A DNA stretch of 64,000 bases. It comes from Candidatus Portnoybacteria bacterium. Its GTDB lineage: Bacteria; Patescibacteriota; Minisyncoccia; Portnoybacterales; GWB1-42-6. The position numbers and the translations under genes were made by a program. The stretch covers positions 76,379 to 140,378 of the forward strand of contig JAQTYI010000002.1 in NCBI GenBank assembly GCA_028688325.1, in the 5' to 3' direction. The notes under the pieces were generated by a model. It saw only the letters and a program-made list of their open reading frames with translations, had not been told where the DNA came from and did not search any database. This document shows positions 8,738 to 16,429 of the stretch, one piece after another; the stretch's first letter is position 1, and every line of letters begins with the position of its first letter.

Positions 8738-10015
8738 CTATTTCATGGGTAAGTCCACGGGCGGGCCGCCTTTTTTAACTTCCAGATACGGCGTCATCGG
8801 GCTGCGCACGCCAATAGTCGGGAAGTGAAACAGCGTGGCCAGCTCTTCAATATTCATAATATATCCATTTTCCCAAAACGAACGGGCGCGCATCATTCGC
8901 ATCAAAACCCGCTGCTTATAGGCCTTGCGGCCCTTGGCAAAAAGATAATTGGCCTTGGTGATCGTTGCGGGATCAGGCCTTAAACTATTCATATTCAAAT
9001 TGGCGGTCTGGGCGATAATACCCATGGTCGCCGAAACATTGGCCATGGTAAAAATATCCGACCGGCCGATGTAAACAAAATTAACTTTTGATTCAAAGCC
9101 CTTTTTGCTGGCTTTGAGTTCAATTCCTTGTATAACATCTTTATCTCCCTGGGAAAGATGCATCGCTAAACTGTAGGGCTCGTTTTTGTTGTCTTTTTTG
9201 TCGCGCGGCGGAGCGACATCGCCGAAGATGATAGCGTAAGCGGCATCATAAAAGGCCTCATACCAAGTGCGCGCCTCCATGGCGAAAATGCCTTCTTTCT
9301 TTTCGGGCGGTTTTTTGCCCAGCAATTTGTCGGCTATGGCTTTGGCTTTCTTCTGCCAGACATCGTCAATCGGCCGAAAAAGAATTTGCAGCCAGACCTG
9401 TTCTCCCTGCTTTAATTTGCCGAAAACTTCCATTAAGCCGGCCATCGGGTCGAAAAACGGCTGGTCGGTCTTGGCCACATCTATAAGTTCAACATAAGTT
9501 CTCAAGGGATAGGCGTCTTCATTGGCCATCTTCAAGCGCGCTCCCCATAAATTCCAATTTTTGTTCGGCACATCCGTCGGCACAGACCAGACATAATCCG
9601 GAACTTCCCTGATTTCCGCCTGGGGATATTGCGAATAAATCTGCGCCTCGACCAGATCACGAAATTTGCTTAGCGTGCGCAAATAAAAATGCGCTTCGCC
9701 GTTGATGCCAACCAGTTCAAAGCTGAAATAATCCTGCGTTTTACCTAAAATATATTTCTCGTATTTATATCCCACTGTGCCGATAACGCCCCACAGGCCG
9801 GCGAAAATCTGTTCCATATTTTTGGGCGAGCTTTCCACTTCTTTGGGCGGTTTAACCTCAAGCATGATCCAATCCAGTTGGCGCCACTGCCAGCGCTGAA
9901 TATAATACATCCATGATTTAAAAAAAATAACTGCCAAAAAAATCGGCAGCCATATCCAAGCAACCCTAAAGAAAAAATCCAGAAAGTTTAAATAGACGGT
10001 AAAGATCTCTTGCAT
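8738..10015 (-). CDS. Membrane protein (N-terminal TM segment plus a large soluble domain), co-oriented upstream partner of the VirD4-like ATPase.
   Basis: Hydrophobic N-terminus FFFRVAWIWLPIFLAVIFF; same strand and adjacent to the ATPase gene; no recognisable catalytic motif. Confidence 0.45.
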   Translation of the reverse strand: MQEIFTVYLNFLDFFFRVAWIWLPIFLAVIFFKSWMYYIQRWQWRQLDWIMLEVKPPKEVESSPKNMEQIFAGLWGVIGTVGYKYEKYILGKTQDYFSFELVGINGEAHFYLRTLSKFRDLVEAQIYSQYPQAEIREVPDYVWSVPTDVPNKNWNLWGARLKMANEDAYPLRTYVELIDVAKTDQPFFDPMAGLMEVFGKLKQGEQVWLQILFRPIDDVWQKKAKAIADKLLGKKPPEKKEGIFAMEARTWYEAFYDAAYAIIFGDVAPPRDKKDNKNEPYSLAMHLSQGDKDVIQGIELKASKKGFESKVNFVYIGRSDIFTMANVSATMGIIAQTANLNMNSLRPDPATITKANYLFAKGRKAYKQRVLMRMMRARSFWENGYIMNIEELATLFHFPTIGVRSPMTPYLEVKKGGPPVDLPMK

Positions 10016-10098
10016 TTTTTTAAAAAACTTGGTTTCGCCCTCCTTTTTTTTTGCGGGACGCGCGACGACCTCCGTTTTTTTGAATTATATCAAAAAAC

Positions 10099-10131
10099 AG
10101 ACCGCCTCGCAACAAGCGAGGCGGTCAAAAA
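10099..10131 (-). terminator. Intrinsic terminator downstream of the HARE-HTH gene (A-tract / 11-bp stem / T-tract).
   Basis: gaccgcctcgc aacaa gcgaggcggtc, flanked by A and T runs. Confidence 0.7.
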
Positions 10132-10133
10132 AG

Positions 10134-11207
10134 TTATTTTTTCAGAAGATAGGTTCCGCTGTCCGTGCGGCTGAAAATCTTGCGATTCTGCAAGTTGATC
10201 AAAATCGTATTTTCTTTGACCAGGCGTTTGGCCAAAACATTTTTAACTATTTCCTCTTTGGACAAGGGGCGGTTCTCTTTTTTCAAAAGTTGAACGATGG
10301 TTTGCGCCACGGTGCCCGGCTCATATCCCCATTCGGCCAAAGCATAGAGCCCCCGGCCCACCAGAACAAACCGCTTGTCTTTTATCAGTTCGTTGTGCAC
10401 GGTCTGCATATAGGCCTGGCGGCCAGACGGCAAAACCTTGTTTATTTCCGCCGTGACTTCCGAAAAATGCAGAGGTTTGCCGGCGTTTTTCAAGACGATA
10501 TAGGCCTTGTCTTTCACGCCGCGAGGACTGATCTCCGGCCAATGAACCAGGCCAAAATGACCCAGATGATTTTGTTCTATATTTTTGGAAGCGTCAACAT
10601 AGGAATGGACGGCCTTGGGAGAAAGCTCCGGGAACAGGACCTTGGCCGCGGACAAAAGTTCTTCTTTGCTCAAAACCTGCTTTTTGCCTTCCATGTGCTT
10701 AGCCAAAGAATCCACGGTTTTTTTTGCCGTTTTGACGGAGTTTTTGCTGCTGGTCCAGACGGAATAAAACTGGTCGCTTTCCGGCAAGCGCTCAAATTTG
10801 TTGCCCAGCGACATGATGAAATAGAAAGCCGAATGGCATTTGTCGAGAACGGACAAATCGCCTTCTTTTTTCATTCGCTCAATTTCTTTGACCGGAAAGC
10901 AAACATAGGTCAAATCATCATAAAGTTTGTGTTCTTTTTTCAGCTCACCGTGTTCCTTCATATGGTTCTCCACGGTCTTAAAAACCGGCTGAAATTTATC
11001 CATTATTTTGGCCTGTTTCAAAGTGGCCAGGCCCCCTTCCTCTATTTGGCGCACGCGCTCACGGGTAATGCCGTGGTCATTGCCGATTGCCTCCAGGGTG
11101 TGGCGCTTGCCGTCTTTCAGCCCAAAACGCCGCACAATCACCTCTTTGGTGCGGCTATTGGGGATAATCTGTATGGCCTCGTTGACTAAATTTAATATAT
11201 TCTGCAT
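10134..11207 (-). CDS. Sigma-70 region-4-like HTH protein with a C-terminal HARE-HTH (RpoE/delta-like) winged-helix domain.
   Basis: N-terminal RRFGLKDGKRHTLEAIGNDHGITRERVRQIE (region 4 signature). C-terminal HFSEVTAEINK ... KRFVLVGRGLYALAEWGY (HARE-HTH pattern). Confidence 0.6.
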   Translation of the reverse strand: MQNILNLVNEAIQIIPNSRTKEVIVRRFGLKDGKRHTLEAIGNDHGITRERVRQIEEGGLATLKQAKIMDKFQPVFKTVENHMKEHGELKKEHKLYDDLTYVCFPVKEIERMKKEGDLSVLDKCHSAFYFIMSLGNKFERLPESDQFYSVWTSSKNSVKTAKKTVDSLAKHMEGKKQVLSKEELLSAAKVLFPELSPKAVHSYVDASKNIEQNHLGHFGLVHWPEISPRGVKDKAYIVLKNAGKPLHFSEVTAEINKVLPSGRQAYMQTVHNELIKDKRFVLVGRGLYALAEWGYEPGTVAQTIVQLLKKENRPLSKEEIVKNVLAKRLVKENTILINLQNRKIFSRTDSGTYLLKK

Positions 11208-11253
11208 TATTGTCCGGCCTCTCCCGGCCGGGTATAAATATTACGATATGTCT

Positions 11254-11282
11254 AATATAGCACGGGGCTATAAATCTGTCAA
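11254..11282 (-). promoter_or_regulatory. Sigma70-like promoter for the HARE-HTH gene (TTGACA-17-TATATT on the minus strand).
   Basis: Reverse complement reads ttgaca gatttatagccccgtgc tatatt. Confidence 0.6.
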
Positions 11283-11323
11283 CTGCCGCTATAAAATATC
11301 AACCTGTCTTAAAAAATAAAAAA

Positions 11324-11351
11324 CATCGCCCTCTGCTTGGCGATGTTTTTT
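11324..11351. terminator. Intrinsic terminator downstream of secF.
   Basis: aaaaaa catcgcc ctctgctt ggcgatg tttttt. Confidence 0.65.
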
Positions 11352-11363
11352 CTACCGTTGACC

Positions 11364-12296
11364 CTATTTCCCCATCTTTTTTGCTATGCGCTTTTGCCGC
11401 CAATCCTCCCAGGTAACCAGCAAAGAGCTGGCCACGAAGATCGAAGAATATGTTCCGAAAAACACGCCGATCATCAAAAGCAAAGAGAAATATTTCACGC
11501 TTTCTCCGCCAAAGATAAAGATGGCCAGAAGCGTCAAAAACACCGTCAAGGAAGTATTGATGGAACGGGTCATTGTCTGGTTGATACTGATGTTGACGGT
11601 ATCTTTGAAATTTTCGCCCAATCCTTTGCGCAGATTCTCGCGGATGCGGTCAAACACGACGATGGTGTCGTGCACCGAAAAACCGAGAATCGTTAAAAGG
11701 CCCGTCACAAACAACAAGTCAATTTCCACTCCTAAATAATGCCCCAAGACGGAAAAAACGCCGATCGGAATGAAGATATCATGAAAAAGCGCGATGATGG
11801 CGGCCAGGCCGTATTTCCAGGAGGCCACTGGACGGGAAACTTTGCGGAAGGCAAAAGCGATATAAATAACTATCAAAAATAACACCGTGATGATAGATAG
11901 ATAAGCCCGGCCCTTGAGCTCTTCACCCACCACTGGCCCGATGGAATCAAATTTCTTTTCTTCCAGAGCACCCAAGGAAGCCAATGCCTGCAACGCCCGC
12001 TGATGAGAGGGCTCATCCAGGTCTTTAGTCCTGATGATAATTCCCCTATCGCCAGCCGACTGAACGGCCGCGTCACCCAGGCCCAAACCGGACAACACAT
12101 CCTTGATAGCTTTCGCTTCCGGCCGCGCCTGCGCAAACTCTATTTCAATGAACGAGCCGCCGGTAAAATCGATGCCGAATCTCAAAAGATGGCCGGATTG
12201 GAGAAATCCCCAATACAGCGTGCTGAAAATCCCCGCGCCAATGAGCAGGATGGAAAAAGTGTAAAATATTTTTCTACGGCCAACAACATTTATCAT
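11364..12296 (-). CDS. secF: Protein translocase subunit SecF.
   Basis: SecF topology and motifs (FGIDFTGGS, 6 TM helices); adjacent to secD. Confidence 0.85.
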   Translation of the reverse strand: MINVVGRRKIFYTFSILLIGAGIFSTLYWGFLQSGHLLRFGIDFTGGSFIEIEFAQARPEAKAIKDVLSGLGLGDAAVQSAGDRGIIIRTKDLDEPSHQRALQALASLGALEEKKFDSIGPVVGEELKGRAYLSIITVLFLIVIYIAFAFRKVSRPVASWKYGLAAIIALFHDIFIPIGVFSVLGHYLGVEIDLLFVTGLLTILGFSVHDTIVVFDRIRENLRKGLGENFKDTVNISINQTMTRSINTSLTVFLTLLAIFIFGGESVKYFSLLLMIGVFFGTYSSIFVASSLLVTWEDWRQKRIAKKMGK

Positions 12297-12377
12297 AGTG
12301 TTCGCTAATAACGCTAATTGTCAACGAATAATGCTAATAAGATTTTTTATTCGCGTTATTAGGATTTTAAATTCGCA

Positions 12378-13829
12378 TTATTGGTGATTACTCTTAATTC
12401 CGAACAACCACAATCTCTTTTCCATTTTCTCGCTCACAAATAATTTCAAGAAATTGCGCGTCACGAATATGGCCGAAAACATGCTCACGGCAATGCCGAT
12501 GGCCAAAGTCAGCGCAAATCCCTTAATGATGCTTGTGCCGAGCCAGAATAAGACCAAACAAGTGATCAATGAGGAAGCGTTGGAATCGCGGATGGAGGTC
12601 CAGGCGCGCTTAAAGCCCTCATCGATCGCGCCGCCCAGCGACTTGCCCCAGCGCAACTCCTCTTTTAAGCGTTCAAATATCAAAATATTGGCGTCCACCG
12701 CCATGCCGACCGACAGAATGAATCCGGCGATGCCCGCCAAAGTCAAAGTGACAGGAATCAATTTGAATATCAGTAAAACGATGGCCGAATAGATGGCCAG
12801 CGCCACCACCGCCATAAGTCCCGGCAAGCGATACCAGAATATCATAAACAACGCCACGGCCAAAATGCCTATCATGCCGGCAAACAAACTTTGCTTCAAT
12901 GATTGTTGGCCCAGTGACGCTCCGATACTCTGCTGGCTGATGAGTTTAATCGGCACGGGCAAGGCGCCGGCATTTAAGCGCTGGACCAATTGCTTGGCCT
13001 CGTCATATTTGAAATTACCGGTGATCTGCGCCTTGCCGCCGGTGATGGCTTCGTTAACGCGCGGCACGCTAATGGGCGAGCCGTCCAGATATATGGCTAC
13101 TTTTTTGCCGACATTTCGGCCGGTGATATCGGCAAAAAGTTTGGCGCCCTCGGCATTGAATTCCAGCCCCACCAACGGCTCGTTGGTATTCTGATTGAAT
13201 TCCAAGGTTGATTTGGCCAGATATTTTCCCGTGAGCTCGGTGGGCTTGAAATACGGGTCTTCCGTAAAATTTTTCTGCTGTTCTGGCAGCAAGGCCTTGT
13301 ATCTGTCCAGTATCGCCTGCGTTTCGGCTGCTATTCTTTCCTCGCGGAAATCAAGAAAAGGGGTCTCGCCTATCATGGCAATTGCCTGATGGATATCTTT
13401 AATGCCCGCCAACTCCACTATCAGGCGATAATGGCTTCCCACGGTATCCACCTGCACCAAGGGCTCGGCCACTCCGAATAAGTTTACGCGCCGTTCGATG
13501 ACATCGCGCACGCCCTGCATTGAATTGGTATATTGGCTTTTATCAATGCTGCTCAAATCCGCCTCATAGACCAAATGCGTGCCGCCCTGCAAGTCCAGGC
13601 CCAGCCGGAAAGGCAAATTAAAATACTGCGGGATATTGGGAAGCGTCTTTAAAACCGCCGACTTGTTCTTTTGAGCATTTATCCAATCAACCGGCCTGTC
13701 CCAAGCGCGCGGATAGATGGCAAAACCGGCGATGGCGGCCAATAAAAAAATCGCCACCACGGTCCAAGCGGTTTGCGACATCTTTTGTTTGGTGAATATG
13801 GCCGAGAAAAATCTTGACGCGAAATTCAT
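12378..13829 (-). CDS. secD: Protein translocase subunit SecD.
   Basis: LGLDLQGGTHLVYEADL, periplasmic domain and C-terminal 6-TM bundle typical of SecD. Confidence 0.85.
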   Translation of the reverse strand: MNFASRFFSAIFTKQKMSQTAWTVVAIFLLAAIAGFAIYPRAWDRPVDWINAQKNKSAVLKTLPNIPQYFNLPFRLGLDLQGGTHLVYEADLSSIDKSQYTNSMQGVRDVIERRVNLFGVAEPLVQVDTVGSHYRLIVELAGIKDIHQAIAMIGETPFLDFREERIAAETQAILDRYKALLPEQQKNFTEDPYFKPTELTGKYLAKSTLEFNQNTNEPLVGLEFNAEGAKLFADITGRNVGKKVAIYLDGSPISVPRVNEAITGGKAQITGNFKYDEAKQLVQRLNAGALPVPIKLISQQSIGASLGQQSLKQSLFAGMIGILAVALFMIFWYRLPGLMAVVALAIYSAIVLLIFKLIPVTLTLAGIAGFILSVGMAVDANILIFERLKEELRWGKSLGGAIDEGFKRAWTSIRDSNASSLITCLVLFWLGTSIIKGFALTLAIGIAVSMFSAIFVTRNFLKLFVSEKMEKRLWLFGIKSNHQ

Positions 13830-13928
13830 TGTTAAAGCAAAATGAAAAAATAATCTCCTTCCATAATAACCATCGGGACTTAAAAAGTCAATAAAAAAAC
13901 GGCCAAACTATAAGCCCGGCCGCCAAAG

Positions 13929-14420
13929 TTAAATTTCACTGGCCTCGCGCAGATCTTTATGGAGAATCTTCATGGACTCTTTATTGTTGTACAAAACCCG
14001 TCCACGGATCTTTTTTCCTTCCAACACCAAAGGCAGCCAGTGCCTGTCAATAGTCCACATCTCATGATACGGAATATCTTTGATATCAAACCATTCCGGC
14101 CTCATCATTTCGTCCGTCTCTTGCGGCTCGCCGGAAAACTTCTTAACCACAAAGATATGTGTTTCGTTGACTATTCCCGGCTCATTGGCAAATCTAAACT
14201 CGATAAAACCAACCTTCTCTCTCGTCTCAACAACCAAACCGGATTCATCCTTGGTCTCGCGATCCAGACATTCTTCGATTGTTTCCCACTCTTCCACATG
14301 CCCGCCAAAGCCATTCCATTTGCCAACGCCCATCCTCCCTTTTTTCTTAAGGCCCAGAAGGATAAAAGATGGCCGGGAAATTATGCCGAGAGTCAAAACT
14401 ACCTTCATATCGTCCTCCAT
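13929..14420 (-). CDS. NUDIX hydrolase (MutT/NUDT1-like).
   Basis: GKWNGFGGHVEEWETIEECLDRETKDESGL Nudix box. Confidence 0.75.
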   Translation of the reverse strand: MEDDMKVVLTLGIISRPSFILLGLKKKGRMGVGKWNGFGGHVEEWETIEECLDRETKDESGLVVETREKVGFIEFRFANEPGIVNETHIFVVKKFSGEPQETDEMMRPEWFDIKDIPYHEMWTIDRHWLPLVLEGKKIRGRVLYNNKESMKILHKDLREASEI

Positions 14421-14429
14421 AAAAAGAGC

Positions 14430-14954
14430 TTAATTAAATTTCACTTCCTCTTCGCTTTTGCCATTCAAAATCTCGTCCACCATCCTTATCTCATCCAAGA
14501 TGCCTTTTATTAAATCGTATTTTTTGCATTCTTCATAGCTTGCCCAAATAAATTCGGTCGCATCCTCATCCAGCTTCACTTCGCCGGATTTATACGGCGC
14601 GTAAAAACTCAAAGTGATAACAGGTATGCCATCCGGCCTGAGGAACGCCAAGTCCAGCAAGTATTTTATAAAACCCACTTCCAAATTAACCTCTTCCTTG
14701 ATTTCCCGGCGCAATGAAGTATATAAAGCGTAATACCAATGCCCGTCGTCGGTTGTCGGCGGCGTAGTCGCATAGTCGTCCGTTTCCAACCCGCCGCCCG
14801 GCACGGTCCATTTGCTCGGAAAAACCTTTTTATGCGGACTGCGCTTGGTTATCAGATATTTATATTTAACTTGCCCTGAGCCCGTCGAAGGGCCATTTTC
14901 TTTCTTATGGATGATGGCGGTGGAAACGATGCGATGCAATTCCTGGTTTGGCAT
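14430..14954 (-). CDS. NUDIX hydrolase with an unusual insertion inside the Nudix box.
   Basis: PGGGLETDD[YATTPPTTDDGHWYYALY]TSLRREIKEEVNLEV: GX5E ... REUXEE elements present but split by a ~20 aa insert. Confidence 0.6.
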   Translation of the reverse strand: MPNQELHRIVSTAIIHKKENGPSTGSGQVKYKYLITKRSPHKKVFPSKWTVPGGGLETDDYATTPPTTDDGHWYYALYTSLRREIKEEVNLEVGFIKYLLDLAFLRPDGIPVITLSFYAPYKSGEVKLDEDATEFIWASYEECKKYDLIKGILDEIRMVDEILNGKSEEEVKFN

Positions 14955-14977
14955 TGATATATATTAATATTAGAAAT

Positions 14978-15322
14978 TTATTTTAATTCCCATGCTATCA
15001 AACCATACTTTTTTATTTTATCACGATAGCTCGGGAAGCCATAATACATTTTCCGCAATTCCGTTTCGGTCTTAACCGCCGGATTAATCTGGCTCGGCCG
15101 GTATTTTTTAAGCAGCGCGGCAATCGTCGGAAAAACCCGCGCCGCAACGACTTGTTTTATAAATTTTTTCCGCCCGCACGACAAACAAACTTTATCTCCC
15201 GTCTGTATTTTTCGATATTTCTCCGTTGCGGCGCGGGTCTCTATTTTCTTCTCCCCCGACTTTATCACCTCAAAAATATCGCGATTTTCCGCTCTGAATT
15301 TAATATTAATCCTGCCTTTCAT
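14978..15322 (-). CDS. ASCH/PUA-like domain protein.
   Basis: Small beta-barrel-like protein MKGRINIKFRAENRDIFEVIKSGEKKIETR ... GDKVCL. Start trimmed to the internal Met so it does not overlap the upstream gene. Confidence 0.45.
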   Translation of the reverse strand: MKGRINIKFRAENRDIFEVIKSGEKKIETRAATEKYRKIQTGDKVCLSCGRKKFIKQVVAARVFPTIAALLKKYRPSQINPAVKTETELRKMYYGFPSYRDKIKKYGLIAWELK

Positions 15323-15326
15323 AACA

Positions 15327-15871
15327 TTAATGTGTAAGAGAATATATCTGCGTATCATAACCTCTTGTTTCCTCGTCGTCCCGGGATAAACTCAAGGATT
15401 CTATAACCTCAAAAATTTCATTCCTGATCTTTTGCGGATCGGCGTCTCTCTCGGTTAATTTTTCAATCTCAATGAAATTGCCCAATTTTTCAACCTCATC
15501 AAGGCAAATTGCATATTCTCCAAGCTTCCCTGACCGCCGCAGTTTTTTTGCTTCTACGGCCGGAGTGTATCCTAAAGCAGTGAGAATTTTATTCATCGCC
15601 TCGGGATCATTTATTTCCGTTTCATACTCAAGATTATCCATCTCTCCAGATCTTTGCTGCTTAAGATTGAGTTCGGCAATATTTTTTGAAAAACGCATGC
15701 GGATGATAATGTCCCCCTCTTTTGAGCTTTGCCATTCTTCCTTGCTGTTTCCTTTTGAATATATAACATCGCGCTGGCTGATGGGGCCGGAAAGAAGGCA
15801 TCCTTTTTCTTCAAGTTTTTTTGGATATCGTCCAGGTCGGAAATTTTAATTTTTATTTCTATTTCTCTCAT
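15327..15871 (-). pseudogene. CYTH-domain (CyaB/thiamine-triphosphatase-like) gene interrupted by a -1/+1 frameshift in a 7-nt homopolymer.
   Basis: N-terminal frame MREIEIKIKISDLDDIQKNL ends at a T7 run (15816-15822 on the plus strand). The alternative frame continues with LEEKGCLLSGPISQRDVIYSKG ... RMRFSKNIAELNLKQQ ... ICLDEVEKLGNFIEIE, matching CYTH motifs. The track shows two overlapping ORFs, 15611-15871 and 15327-15698. Confidence 0.55.
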
Positions 15872-15880
15872 ATTTTAATA

Positions 15881-16420
15881 TTATTTTCCGCTCCGCAAAA
15901 ATTCGCTTAATTTGTTCAGAGCGTTTCTCCTCATGCTTATCTCATTCTTTTCTTCCCGACTCATCTCCGCGAAAGTTTTTTCATAACCGTCGGGCAAAAA
16001 TATCGGATCCCAACCGAAATTGGTTTCGCCCTTAGGATTAACTATCCGCCCTTTTATCGCGCCCTCAAAAAAATAGATCTCTTCGCGATTTTTGGCATAG
16101 CCGATGATGGTTTTCGCCTCCGCCTTGTTGTTCCCCAATTTCTCGGCAATCTCGGCCAGGCCGTCATTTCCTATCGTCTGTAAAAACCATTTTATCAATG
16201 GCCCGGGCAATCCCTTCAGGCAATCAAAATACAGCGAAGTATCTTCCACTATGAATTCTCCGTCCGCATGATTGAACGCCTCGGTTAATTTTGTTTTTAT
16301 GATTTCCTTTGCGTCAATTTCCTGAATTTCCGGCAGATCGATATCCAGTTGCTCCACATCCGGCAAAATAGATTTTACTTCCTCAAATTTATTTTTATTC
16401 CCTGTAATAAAATAAATCAT
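15881..16420 (-). CDS. rdgB: Non-canonical purine NTP pyrophosphatase (RdgB/HAM1/ITPase).
   Basis: [14 protein letters not shown] ... FIVEDTSL ... GWDPIF motifs. Confidence 0.85.
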   Translation of the reverse strand: MIYFITGNKNKFEEVKSILPDVEQLDIDLPEIQEIDAKEIIKTKLTEAFNHADGEFIVEDTSLYFDCLKGLPGPLIKWFLQTIGNDGLAEIAEKLGNNKAEAKTIIGYAKNREEIYFFEGAIKGRIVNPKGETNFGWDPIFLPDGYEKTFAEMSREEKNEISMRRNALNKLSEFLRSGK

Positions 16421-16429
16421 AATATTATT

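Noticed and set aside
12297-12377. secD-secF intergenic AT-rich inverted repeat (cgctaataacgc ... gcgttattagg).
   Set aside because: Short and imperfect in an 80-bp AT-rich spacer. It could be a weak stem-loop or chance symmetry, so it is not promoted to a finding.
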